Assembly (NCBI GenBank): GCA_977017645.1 | Contig: OZ360221.1 | Span: 85,498,001 to 85,562,000 of the forward strand | Length of the DNA stretch: 64,000 bases | From: Torpedo marmorata | Taxonomy: Eukaryota | Reading direction: 5' to 3' | Shown here: in pieces, positions 50,217 through 62,055 of the stretch | Layout of the letters: every line of letters starts with the position of its first letter | How positions within the stretch are numbered: the first letter of the stretch is position 1 | Made by a program: the position numbers and the translations under genes | The notes under the pieces: model-generated | What the model was told of the DNA's origin: nothing | Databases searched by the model: none | Seen by the model: the letters and a program-made list of their open reading frames with translations, nothing else

Positions 50217-52353
50217 AAATTTATCATCATTTACATTTCTTTTCAAAAAAAGTCCAAAACTCCGAATATATTTGGCAATGTATCATTACATATCTCCCTA
50301 CAGGATCCGTCACAACGTTTTGAATTTTAATTGGGAGATTCTTTTTTATTAGAATTGCCACACCTCTTGCCTCTCGAATTAAATGAAGAAGCTGCTACAT
50401 ATCCCATCCAATCCCTTTTTAATTTCAAATGTTCTTTTTCAGTTAAGTGTGTCTCTTGTAAAAAAGCCACATCTATTCCCAATTTTTAAATATATGTTAA
50501 TACACTCTTCCTCTTCACTGGTCCATTTATCCCATTGATATTAAAATTCATAAATTTCACTATGTTACTCATTTTGAATAACCATATTCATTCATTCATT
50601 CTTTCTTTTTAGTGTTACCTCCACCACCCCAGTCTGCTAAATCTCTCCCTTTAACTTCATTATCCAATCGCCATTGCGTCGTCACATGTCTCCTCCGGCA
50701 ATCCACATAAAGAAAAAAGAATAAGTATAGAATTAAAAAATACATTTTCCAACTTTCTCAATAATATAAAAACAAAATAAATTTTCCCCATCTGGCGCTG
50801 TTTGAATATACAGCGCTACCCCCCTCCATTTTACGGGTCGCGACCAGGGTCGCAAAAACACATATGATCCAGCAGGAGTTAGAACCTCACCCTCTTCCCC
50901 AATCCCCCTGGTACTTTTACCATTTAAAAAAAAAAAAAATCAATAACCAATTACTAGATTAATCAAGTTCACAAGCTGGTGCAAATGATATAATCCTTAG
51001 AAAACATAATTATAGCAATCCAGGTTTATAATTTTTCTTCTTCATTCCCTCTGGATTGTTGCAAGATTTTTAATAAACTCCTCTGCCTGTACATAACTTG
51101 AAAAGAATTTATTTTGATCGTCAGGCAAAAAAGTTTTCAAAGTCGCCGGGTGACGCAGTACAAATCTGTAACCTTTCTCCCAGAGGATCTACTTGGCTGG
51201 GTTAAATTCTCTTCTTCTCTTCATTAAATCAGCACTTATATCAGGATAAAATAGAATTCAAGCACCTTCATATTCAAGAGGGCCACAATGTATTCTTGCT
51301 CGATCCATCACCACTTTCAGAATTTTCTGTCTGTCTTAATAACGAAGAAATTTGATTAAAACAGAACGTGGGTTCTGATCTTGAAGTGGTTTCCCTCTAA
51401 GATTGGGTGTTCAAAATTCTCTTGTCCCAAGACTTCAGGTATCCACTTTTTGAAAAAGGCAATTGGATCTTGCTCTTCTATTCCTTCTTTAAGACCCACG
51501 ATTTTTATATTATTCCTTCTACTAAAGTTCTCCAATATATCTACTTTCTGTTGAAGCTTCTGGTTTTCCATTGTTAAAACTGTAGTCGTATCTTCCACTT
51601 TTGTCATTCTGTCATCAAAATGTTCCATCTCATCCTGTACCTTCTTCATTTGTCCATCCATTTTATCCAGTTTTATCTTTATTTCTTTTATCTCATTTAC
51701 CACTTTATTAATCCCTTTAATTTCAGCCTTCATATTTTTCAACTTTTAATATGTTGAATTGCTTGTCTTTTTGCTTTTTACTTTCACAATTTCTTCCATT
51801 ACCTCCTCTTGTTGTTGCTGTTCTTCCATTTCCACCTCCTCTTCCTTGCTGTCAGAGCTGGGAAACCTCGACTCCTCTTCTCCTGACGTTGTAGACTCAG
51901 CTGTGAGTCCCGACGTTTCGCGCGTGCGCGTTGCACTTCCGGGTTCTTCCTCAGCGCCATCTTTCCGATGTCAGAGGTGCGCACCGCCAGCAGAGGTCCC
52001 TGCCAGTGATCCACTTACCTCGGTATCGGTTTGTACGCTAGCTCCCTGCTGCTGAGGCCTTCTACCCGTTCAAGTCTTCTCCTTACTTTGGGCTCGAGGT
52101 AAGGCTGCGGCTGTTTTTTCTTTTTTCGGAGGCATTTGAAGTATTTTTCTAGTATTCAGATGTTTTTTAAAAAGGTTTAAATTTTCTAAAACTTTGTTTA
52201 TTTGATACTTTTTTTGAAATTCCCAGGAGGGTCAGGTTCCTACGTCCTAACCCTACGGCATTACGTGACGTCCCCCATTTTCTGTTCTTATTTTTTTCTC
52301 CACATACACTGATCATTTAGACTAGAGCTTTTTTTTCCATAGGTACTGGAGAA

Positions 52354-52574
52354 CAGTAAAATCCCCGTTATCTGGAATTCAAGCAACCGGCAGCCTCAAG
52401 CAACCAGCAAAAAATTTTTATGTTAAATAAATAGGTAAAAAATACGAGAGTTAAAAATTGGAGCCCCTAGTGGTCAGTTCGCCAATCACGCAACACACAA
52501 TCTCAAGCAACTGGATATTCACTTATCCGGCATCTACCAATCCCCATAAGATCCGGATATCGGAGATTTTACTG
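52354..52574. mobile_element. Tc1/mariner (Tigger/pogo-like) MITE
   Basis: TIRs CAGTAAAATCCCCGTTATC / GATATCGGAGATTTTACTG. TA on the right flank and AA on the left. Confidence 0.75.
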
Positions 52575-53121
52575 TACATTGTGCGCTTGAGAAAAGCTAG
52601 GCCTAGTTTTAGTAATTATAAAACTGAACTAGTGGCTTATGTGGCCGTAGAGGCTGGAGGCGAATCCACAGACATTCGGTGATTCTGGGGGACTCACTTT
52701 TGCTTTGCTTTCTTTGGCTAGAAGGGGTGCCTGGCAGTGCTAATGCTAATGGAAAATCTTTGTGTGCCATATTATGACAGACTCAAGGCAATTTCAGAAT
52801 CAGAATTATTGTCATGAACATGTGTCATGAAATTTGTTGTTTTGTGGCAGCAGTATTGTGCATTACAGGTAAAAAGCTGCTATAAATTACAGATCTGTAA
52901 ATACAATATTTAAAAATAAACAGTGCAAAAAAGAGAAAAAAGTAAGGTAGTGTCAAAGGTTCATTGTCCGTTCAAAAATCTGATGGCGGAGGGGAAGAAG
53001 CTGTTTTTGTAACATTGGGTGTGCGTCTTCAGGCTCCTGTACCTCCTTCCTGATGGTAGCAGTGAGAAGAGGGCATGGTGGTGAGGGTCCTTGATGATAG
53101 AGGCTGCTTTCTTGAGACACC

Positions 53122-56100
53122 TGTGGTAAACCACTGTTTGTACATATTATGTAGTCTGCTGTCTGTCCCGGTGTCTCCTCTCCCCTCCCTTGGGTGTCCA
53201 GGTAATCCCTCCCCCTTTCTCACCTGAATAAAGGGCATTGTGCCACCGCTCCGCCCACAGTCCGGGATTAGATCTGCAGGTCGACTGTAGGTCTGTTTAA
53301 TGTTAATAAAATTGATATACCTATCAATAAGCACTCAAGAGACTATGAGTGGGAACGAACCAATACTGGCAGCACTGAGAGCTTTATCCACCCAGATACT
53401 GTTCAGCGCTGTGGCCTAACGATCATACCGGTAAGCCAGAGGGTGGCCATGGCGTCCGGGTCCCACACAACAGATATCCGGGGGGCGTGTGTGTCAAACA
53501 TTGTGGTACAAGGGACAGAGTACCGGCAATTTTCATTGTTTGTAATGAACCGTTTGTGTGCGCCGGTGTTACTGGGTTTGGACTTTCAGAGTCATTTGCG
53601 GAGTGTAACAATGTGGTATGACGGTCCTCGCCCTGCGATCACTGTAGCCAACCACCAGTTTCTGGATAACACGCCCGAAACCACCTGTGGTCTCTCCACC
53701 CTTAAGATCTCGCCTCCGTCGTTGTTTGCAAACCTGACCCCGGACTGTAAGCCTGTGGCAACCAAAAACAGGCGTTACAGTGCCGGGGACAGAGCATTTA
53801 TCAGGACGGAGGTACAGAGATTACTACGGGAAGGGATTATAGAAAAGAGTAATAGTCCCTGGAGAGCCCAGGTGGTTGTTGTAAAAGGGGCCAAGAGCAG
53901 AATGGTGGTGGACTATAGTCAAACCATCAACAGATTTACGCAGCTTGACGCATATCCGCTACCACGGATAGCGGAGATAGTGAACCAAATTGCCCAATAC
54001 CGGCTGTTCTCCACCATTGATTTGAAATCGGCATATCATCAGCTCCCTATCCATCGGGAGGACCGTTCATACACCGCGTTCGAGGCAGATGGCAGGCTGT
54101 TCCAATTCCTGCACGTTCCGTTTGGGGTCACTAATGGTGTTTCTGTTTTTCAGCGGGAGATGGACAGGATTGTGGACCATTATAAACTTAAAGCCACTTT
54201 CCCATATCTTGACGACATTACCATCTGTGGTTATGATCGTCAGGACCATGATAACAACCTCCGGAGGTTCCTGCAGGCGGCCAAAGCTCTAAACCTCACG
54301 TATAACAAAGAAAAATGCGTGTTTGGTACCACTCGCCTCGCTATTTTGGGGTATGTGGTCGAGAACGGGATAATTGGACCAGACCCCGAACGCATGCGGC
54401 CCCTGCTGGAACTTCCGCTCCCTACCAACCCCAGAGCCCTTAAACGATGCCTCGGGTTCTTTTCCTATTATGCGCAATGGGTCCCAAATTATGCGGACAA
54501 GGCCCGACCCCTTGTGAAATCCACTGCATTTTCCCTTGTTTCGGAGGCACGTAAGGCATTCGACCTTATAAAAGGGGACATTGCGCGAGCAACAATGCAC
54601 GCGGTGGATGAAGAGACACCTTTCCAGGTGGAGAGTGACGCATCGGACTTCGCGCTGGCTGCTACCCTCAACCAGGCGGGAAGGCCGGTAGCATTTTTCT
54701 CTCGAACCCTCAAGGGCCCCGAAATTCGGCACTCAGCAGTGGAGAAGGAAGCCCAGGCCATAGTGGAAGCCATCAGGCACTGGAGGCACTATCTCGCCGG
54801 TAAGCATTTTACCCTGCTGACAGATCAACGCTCTGTGGCATTCATGTTCAACAATCAGCAGCGGGGTAAGATCAAAAATGACAAGATCATGAGGTGGAGA
54901 ATAGAGCTCTCCACCTACAACTACGACATCATGTACCGGCCCGGGAAGCTCAATGAGCCCTCCGATGCTCTATCCCGGGGATCATGCGCCAGCGCGCAGA
55001 TCGACCGATTACACGCCCTACATGACGACCTATGCCACCCAGGAATTACCAGGCTCTTTCACTTCGTGAAGTCACAGAACCTGCCATACTCCCTGGAAGA
55101 GGTCAGGACAATGATCAGCAGCTGCCGGGTTTGCGCAGAGTGCAAACCCCAGTTCTACCGCCCCGATAAGGCACAGCTGGTCAAAGCCACTCGCCCCTTT
55201 GAACATCTCAGCATTGACTTCAAGGGGCCCCTTCCCTCCACGAACCGCAATGTGTACTTTCTGAACATAATTGACGAGTACTCGCGGTTCCCCTTTGCCA
55301 TTCCCTGCCCCGACACTTCGGCTGCCTCAACCATAAAAGCTCTTCGCCAGGTATTTACGCTGTTCGGCTTCCCGAACTACATTCATAGCGACCGGGGATC
55401 AGCTTTTATGAGTGAGGAGCTGCGACAGTACCTACTGACCCGAGGCATCGCCACTAGCAGGACCACCGGATACAACCCCCGAGGTAATGGACAGGTGGAA
55501 AGGGAGAACGCCACTGTCTGGAAGGCGGCGCTCCTGGCTCTCAAGTCCAGGGGACTGCCGGTCTCCCGCTGGCAAGAGGTTCTCCCCGAAGCCCTCCATT
55601 CGATACGGTCCTTACTGTGCACGGCCACAAATGTAACACCTCACGAACGACTTTTCTCCTTCTCCAGGAGGTCGAACACCGGAACCACCCTGCCTGCCTG
55701 GCTGACGTCTCCGGGACCGGTGCTGCTCTGCAACCACCTTCGGAGCAGCAAATATGAGCCCGCGGTCCAGAGGGTGCAGTTAGCGCACGCTAACCCGCAG
55801 TATGCCTATGTGGTCTTCCCGGATGGGAGAGAGGACACGGTCTCAATTCGGGACCTGGCGCCCGCGGGGGCGCTGGAGGAAACTCTCGACGGGCAAGACC
55901 ATTCGCTGTGGCCCCTCCCTATTCCCTCTTCTACCCCGTCAGACCCGGCACCCTCGACAGAACCTACACCACAAAAAGCCAGGCAGGAGGAGACAATCCT
56001 GCCATCTCCCCCAGCACCACAGCAGGAGGCGACAGCCTTGCCATCTTCCCCTGCACCACAACCCGCACCCAGGGTACTGCGCAGGTCACAAAGGCGAATC

Positions 56101-56452
56101 AAACCACCGGATCACCTTGACCTGTGAAATACTGTAAATATCTGTTTGTAAATAGTTATTGTGGCCACGTCACCCCGCTGGACTCTTTTTTTTTAAAGGA
56201 GGGGTGAATGTGGTAAACCACTGTTTGTACATATTATGTAGTCTGCTGTCTGTCCCGGTGTCTCCTCTCCCCTCCCTTGGGTGTCCAGTAATCCCTCCCC
56301 CTTTCTCACCTGAATAAAGGCCATTGTGCCACCGCTCCGCCCACAGTCCGGGATTAGATCTGCAGGTCGACTGTAGGTCTGTTTAATGTTAATAAAAGCC
56401 TATGGTTCGTTCCCACTCATAGTCTCTTGAGTGCTTATTGATAGGTATATCA
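53122..56452 (+). mobile_element. Ty3/Gypsy LTR retrotransposon, young, lacking gag and PBS
   Basis: LTRs at 53122-~53362 (rearranged) and 56209-56452 (TG...CA), PPT AAAGGAGGGGTGAA, and a 5-bp TSD ACACC at 53117-53121 and 56453-56457. Confidence 0.95.
53362..56127 (+). CDS. Gypsy Pol (truncated PR, RT, RNase H, IN), frame open
   Basis: VLLGLDF, IDLKSAYHQ, PFG, YLDD, SDAS, EKEA, HDDLCHPG..CRVC, IDFKGP, SDRG and GQVER. No stops over more than 890 codons. Confidence 0.93.
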   Translation, partial: NTGSTESFIHPDTVQRCGLTIIPVSQRVAMASGSHTTDIRGACVSNIVVQGTEYRQFSLFVMNRLCAPVLLGLDFQSHLRSVTMWYDGPRPAITVANHQFLDNTPETTCGLSTLKISPPSLFANLTPDCKPVATKNRRYSAGDRAFIRTEVQRLLREGIIEKSNSPWRAQVVVVKGAKSRMVVDYSQTINRFTQLDAYPLPRIAEIVNQIAQYRLFSTIDLKSAYHQLPIHREDRSYTAFEADGRLFQFLHVPFGVTNGVSVFQREMDRIVDHYKLKATFPYLDDITICGYDRQDHDNNLRRFLQAAKALNLTYNKEKCVFGTTRLAILGYVVENGIIGPDPERMRPLLELPLPTNPRALKRCLGFFSYYAQWVPNYADKARPLVKSTAFSLVSEARKAFDLIKGDIARATMHAVDEETPFQVESDASDFALAATLNQAGRPVAFFSRTLKGPEIRHSAVEKEAQAIVEAIRHWRHYLAGKHFTLLTDQRSVAFMFNNQQRGKIKNDKIMRWRIELSTYNYDIMYRPGKLNEPSDALSRGSCASAQIDRLHALHDDLCHPGITRLFHFVKSQNLPYSLEEVRTMISSCRVCAECKPQFYRPDKAQLVKATRPFEHLSIDFKGPLPSTNRNVYFLNIIDEYSRFPFAIPCPDTSAASTIKALRQVFTLFGFPNYIHSDRGSAFMSEELRQYLLTRGIATSRTTGYNPRGNGQVERENATVWKAALLALKSRGLPVSRWQEVLPEALHSIRSLLCTATNVTPHERLFSFSRRSNTGTTLPAWLTSPGPVLLCNHLRSSKYEPAVQRVQLAHANPQYAYVVFPDGREDTVSIRDLAPAGALEETLDGQDHSLWPLPIPSSTPSDPAPSTEPTPQKARQEETILPSPPAPQQEATALPSSPAPQPAPRVLRRSQRRIKPPDHLDL

Positions 56453-57439
56453 ACACCACCTCTTTAAAGATGTCCTAAATGGAGTGAAGACTGATGCCCA
56501 TGATGGCGCTGGCCGAGTTTACAACCCTCTGTTGCCTTTTCCTGTCCTGTGCATTGGCACCTCCATACCAGTCAGTGATGCAACCAGTCAGAATGCTCTC
56601 CAAGGAACACCTGTGGAAATTTGCAAGAGTCATTGGTAACATACCAAATCTCCTCAAACTCCTAATGAAGTATAGCTGCTGGTGAGCCTTCTTCATTATT
56701 GCATCGACATGATGGCCCCAGGATAGATCTTCAGAGATGCTGACACAAAGGAATTTGAAGTTTATTACTCTCTCCACTGCTGACCCCTTGATGAAGACTG
56801 GTTTATGTTCTCCTGGTTTCCCCTTCCTGAAGTCCACAATTTTGCTAATGTTGAGTGCAAGGTTGTTGTTGTGACACCAGTCAACGAGCTGATCTATCTC
56901 ACTCCTGTACGCTTCCTCATTGACGTCTATGATTCTGCTGACAACTGTGCCATCATCGGCAAATTTGTTGATGGCATTTGAATTGTGCCTAGCCACACAG
57001 TCACAGGTTTTGAGGAGGGAGAGCAGTGGGCTAAGCACGCATCCTTGAGTTGCACCTGTGTTGTCAGTGAGGAGGAGATGTGTTACCAATCCGCGCTGAC
57101 TGTTGTCTTCTGATGAGGAATTCAAGGATCCAGTTGCAGAGGCCGAGGTTTTGAAACTTGCTGACTAGTACTGAGGGGATGATGATGTTGAAAGCTGAGC
57201 TGTGATCGATGAAAAGCAGCCTGATGTATATATTGCTGTTGACCAGATGATCCAGGGATGAGTGGCGAGCCAGTTAGATTGCATCTGCTGTGGAACAATT
57301 CGTGTAATATTACATTTCTGTTTTATTACATGACAACATGTGGTATCTGATGTGATCTAATTTATTCAAATGTTCCTGTTATAAGTGTTTGAAAGTATCA
57401 ATCATCTGTTTTCTCAGCTGTTAAATACATGCCTTAGAC

Positions 57440-57460
57440 CAGGGGTGGCCAACCTTTTCG
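57440..57460. mobile_element. hAT (Charlie-like) terminus; partner end not found in the window
   Basis: CAGGGGTGGCCAACCTTTT preceded by CCTTAGAC, resembling the NTCTAGAN target. Immediately followed by a V-SINE tail. Confidence 0.5.
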
Positions 57461-57600
57461 TTTTTAATTTAGACATACAGCACTGTAACGGGCCATTTCG
57501 GCCCACGAGTCCGTGCCACCCAATTAACCTACACCTCCGGCAGGGGCGTAGCCAGGTTCTAACGTTAGGGGGAGCGATCACATAAAAAAGGCGCCACGAC

Positions 57601-57961
57601 CACTGTTCCCTCTAAGCTGTACGCGTGTGCGCACACACACACGTTTTGCAACCAGCGCACAAAGGAAATTAATGTGCGCACAAAAGGTTAGTTACCTAAA
57701 ATAATGTAGTTCAAAGTATAGAATAAAATCTTAACCAAATACGTTACTTCGTAGAATGCAATCATACTTGTATTATATTAAAACATGCCAATACAGTTTT
57801 ATTAGCCATGAGAGATAGGCTGTACCAAAATTATCTTGAAACAAATTCAAGTTTACAGTTGCACAAGCATTCAGTGCGCACATACTTTGGTCACAAGAAA
57901 AAAATTTGCAGAACATAAGATTTTTGCGCAAACTGACTACTCGAAATTAAAGGGAACATTG
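57601..57961. mobile_element. hAT MITE nested in the hAT subterminal region
   Basis: TIRs CACTGTTCCCTCTAA / TTAAAGGGAACATTG and an 8-bp TSD GCCACGAC / GCCATGAC. Confidence 0.85.
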
Positions 57962-58366
57962 GCCATGACACATACCAGATGGTGAGTCAGTGGTTGAATG
58001 GTGGGCCGCACTGATTTTTCGGCGGCGGCGGACCCGGGGGGTGGGGGTGGCGGCAGCGTCGGACCGGGGGGTGGGGGATGGCGGCGGCACTACGTCCACG
58101 ACGCATACCAAATAATTAAAAATTCATTATACATTTTTATTTTGTATTTAACATCAAAACACAAGGAACTTAAGGATGATACAGTTTTAAAGGAAGTACA
58201 TAATTGTTATTTGTATTTAAAATCAAAACATAATAAAAATGTGTGTTATTTAATTATTTTACATTTTAAACGTAAAATGAAAACAAAACGAAGCAATATG
58301 AAAAATGTATGAAGCAACTGCAACAGCCTCTTTCATCTTGGCTTCATTCTAGCAAAGTTATCTATT

Positions 58367-58597
58367 TGGGATTGTCTGATCTCGGAAGCTGAGCAGGCAC
58401 AGGACTGGTCAGTACTTGGAGGGGAGACCGCCAAGGAACACCAGGTGCTGTAGGTTTCTGTGAGGGGCGCTGGACAAAATAGCGACCCTCTGTCTGCCTT
58501 CCGGTAGACAGAAATTAAAGAATTTCATGTATGTTACATTCTCAATGTAGTATTACGTGACAATAATGGAACCTTTACCTTTTTACCTTTACCTTTA
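58367..58597 (+). mobile_element. 5S rRNA-derived SINE (SINE3-type), 5'-truncated
   Basis: GTCTGATCTCGGAAGCTGAGCAGG...GGTCAGTACTTGGAGGGGAGACCGCC...GGTGCTGTAGG matches the 3' ~85 nt of 5S rRNA. It is followed by a non-5S body and an (ACCTTT)n tail. Confidence 0.85.
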
Positions 58598-59687
58598 CTT
58601 TATTATAATCTACCTCAGTAGCCAACTGTCTTTCAATGGAGACCAAAGCTAACCCAGACAATCTATCCTCGCCCATTGTAGAACAATGTGTTTGAGCCGG
58701 CTAAAAGATCGTTTTGCAACTGCGCTAGTTATTGGTAAGGTCAGAAAAATGTGGTACAATGTGGACAGGTTAGGATAAATGGAACACACGTCATTGGCGA
58801 TCATGAATTTTAGTACATTGTTGATGGTCAGTTTCTCGACACTTGAATTTGCCTTTTTCTGCTAAATGCTCATTATCTCTTTGTACATGTCTTTGAATGA
58901 AAGAAACTCTAGTACGATTTCAGTTTGACTGTCAATGATGTCTGAGTACGTGTCTGCTAAAAATTCTAATTTGTTCACATTATCTGCGTTGTCAAAATGC
59001 TTTGGATCTAAACCACTAAATTTGGAAGCCACATTTTTAAAATGCTCAAATCTTTTACTTGTGCTATTTATAACAGAATCTAAGGACATTAAGTACGATT
59101 CAACTATGAATTTCTTTTGGGCATCAAATATTCCTTCATCCTCTGCAATTTCTTCATGGAATCTTTTTCTTTTACGTTCTCTGTGCTGCTTGTATTCTGT
59201 ATTAATATCACATTTTCTAGCCAACTCGGTTGCTTCATTCTCAATCTGTTTGAATTGAGATTCATACTCATTTCGCATGTTTTTCATATCTTTTTCAAAA
59301 AGCTGAATCAAATGAGAAGCCGTTACCAGATCTAGACTACTTTTTTGTAAATATATGGATAAATTGAAAGCCTTGTCTCGCACTTTACTCCAGAATATAA
59401 GAACAACTAAGAATTCGTAAGTACTGAGTGTTTCCAGAATACCCTTTGCCTCAGCGAGCTGTTTAGGAGTACAGTTTTTTATCTCACCATCCAGAATTCT
59501 TTGCAGAGCAACTACTAGTGCTGGTAACTTCTGCAAGACTGCCTCTACTGCTGACTTTCTGCACTCCCATCTAGTATCACAAAGTTTCTTTAGAGTCAGT
59601 GCGAAAGATTTGATATGATTGCGTTGTTCTTCTTTTAGTACTGAAAGACGAGGTAAACTGCCAGAAAAAAAGGTATAGACAATTTCT

Positions 59688-62055
59688 TTTTCTTCTACAA
59701 TATTTTTATTGATATTTATACAATAGAAAAAATGAACAATACATGTGCTACAGAACTAATAAAAAAGTTACAATAATGATCATGTGTAAAAATTCAGAAG
59801 TACAATAGCACAAAACCTAATATTACAATAAAGTCTAACAAGGAAGAAAATAAAGAATAAGAAATATGTAAAAGAAAATGAGAAGTAAAGAAAAAATAAA
59901 AATAAATTCTAAACCAGAGCAATCAACGTTAAAATTCTTAATGTAAGTAATGATAAGTCCGAACAAACGACCTCAGGGGATCCAAACAAGCATGTCCAGT
60001 GACATTCATCATCGCACCTAATTAATCCAATTATGGAAGTGAGCTATAAATGGACCCCAAGTCTTATCAAAAGAAACCTTAATTTTTGAAACATTGTGCC
60101 TGATTTTCTCCAAATTTAAAAAGGACATAATATCTAATAACCATTGATTATGTGTAGGTGGGAACTCGTCTTTCCATTTTAACAAAATTGCTCTTCTTGC
60201 TAATAATGTGGAGAATGCTAAAACCTGTCTTTGATTAGAAGATAGATTAATATTTATATCTTTAGAAAAACTAAATAGTGCAATTACTGGACAAGGATCT
60301 AAAATGATCCTAAAAATAGTTGAAAAAGTTCTAAAAATCTGAGTCCAGTATTTTTGTAAATTAGGGCATGTCCAAAACATATGTAACAAAGAGGCATCAA
60401 ATCTTTTACATTTATCACAAAGTGGATTAATATCAGAATATATTCGAGCAAGTTTAACTTTGGAGAAATGTACATGATGTACCACTTTGAATTGAATAAG
60501 ACTATGCCTAGCACACAATGATGAATCGTAAATCAGGCCTAAAATTGAAGTCCATTCTTCTTCTGAAAAAGAGATATACAAATCATTCTCCCATTCTCTT
60601 TTAATCCCACTCAGAGAGATTGTTTTCATATTCAACAATTTATAATATAAAGCAGATATCATGCCTTTATGATTAAATTGTAACTCGAAGAGTTCATCAA
60701 TAAAATTTGGGTCAGGAAGAGGAGGAAATGTCAAAAGATTGGAACAAACAAAATGTCGAATTTGATAATATTTAAAAAGGTGTCTACTTGACAGGTTAAA
60801 TGTCATCATTAATTGTTGAAGAGATATAAAATTTTGTTGTATAAAAAGATCTTTAAAACTCTTAATGCCTGAAATATTCCATTCCTGAAAACCGGTGTCT
60901 AAAATAGCAGGTTGAAATACCGGTAAGTAATTAGATAGTATAGGACTTGTAACTATAAATCCCGTAAATTCAAAAAATTTTCTAAATACTGAATATCATG
61001 TATACACCCTCTACTCATAATAATGAATGCATTTTATCCTTAGACGCTGAAAAAGTGTTCGACAGAGTAGAATGGGAATATTTATTTGCCACCTTAGTAA
61101 AATTTAATTTTAGCCCAGTTTTTATACATTGGATAAAACTTTTATGTACATCTCCAATGGCCTCAATTCGTACCAATTCCCAGCAATCCAAGCTTTTTAA
61201 ATTACCGGTATATCAAGGCACGAGACAGGGCTCCCCTCTGAGCCCACTGCTTTTCGACTTAGTGCTATTGCTTTGCGGGCAAATCCAGAATTTACTGGTT
61301 TGTCTAGAGGAACTATTGAATATAGGTTATCTCTTTATGCAGATGACCTTTTACTGTTCATTTCCAACCCTGAGATACCTATACCAAGTATATTTTATTA
61401 CTTTCTCATTTTATCAGATTTTCAGGTTCTAAGCTCAATCTACATAAGATCGAACTACTACCATTGAAGGGTACACTGGATTTTTACTCTAAACGTCCAT
61501 TTAAAATAGTGAATGAACAATTTAAATACTTAGGCATTAGCATAACTAAGAATTTTTAAAATCTTTTCAAAGAAAACTTTGCACTTTTAGTCAACCAAAC
61601 TAAATTAATTCTTACTGGATGGTCACCACTTTCTTTGACTATGATTGGTCATATTAATTCGGTTAAAATGAATATTCAACCAAAATTTTTATACCTTTTC
61701 CAATCACTGCCGATATTTATTTCTAAATCCTTTTTTGACAATTTGGAATCAATCATTATGTCATATATATGGCAAAAGAAGAAACCTAGATTGAACAAAA
61801 GGTATCTTCAGAATACAAGAAATAATGGGGGATTAGCCCTACCCAACTTTCGTTTTTACTATTGGGCTATAAACATAGGAAATATGTTATTATTGTTGAA
61901 GTGCGAAAAGACAGATGATTATCCTAATTGGATTGGGATGGAGTTGAAATCCCTCAGAAATACCTCCCTATGGGCGGTATTGAGGTCATCCTAACCTATC
62001 TCTTTTTCAAAACTGACAAAGAACTTAATAATGACACAAAGATTGAAGATTTGGA
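59688..62055. mobile_element. L1 family C, 5'-truncated with internal inversion (twin priming)
   Basis: 3' half on the minus strand (59688-~60993), RT part on the plus strand (~60992-62055). TSD GTATAGACA(A/C)TTTCT at 59673-59687 and 62056-62070. Confidence 0.9.

Larger units (their letters stand above)
39993..52276 (-). mobile_element. L1 family B, full length but degraded, carrying a solo LTR and a nested L1-A
   Basis: 5' end GGGGGACGTCACGTAATG at 52276, ORF1 remnants (LENFSRRNNIKIVGL), ORF2 EN/RT/CCHC fragments at 50570-50233 and 44714-41310, T-tract at ~39993. TSD only approximate. Confidence 0.85.
52790..57300 (-). mobile_element. Rex1/Babar LINE fragment split by the Gypsy insertion
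   Basis: GATQGCVLSPLL, KFADD and ESILTGCITDWYG at 56475-57125. Continues on the other side of the Gypsy (52790-53121), joining across ACACC. Confidence 0.85.

Noticed and set aside
58373-58457. Functional 5S rRNA gene
   Set aside because: It lacks the 5' ~35 nt, has multiple substitutions, is not in a tandem array and continues into a SINE-like tail.
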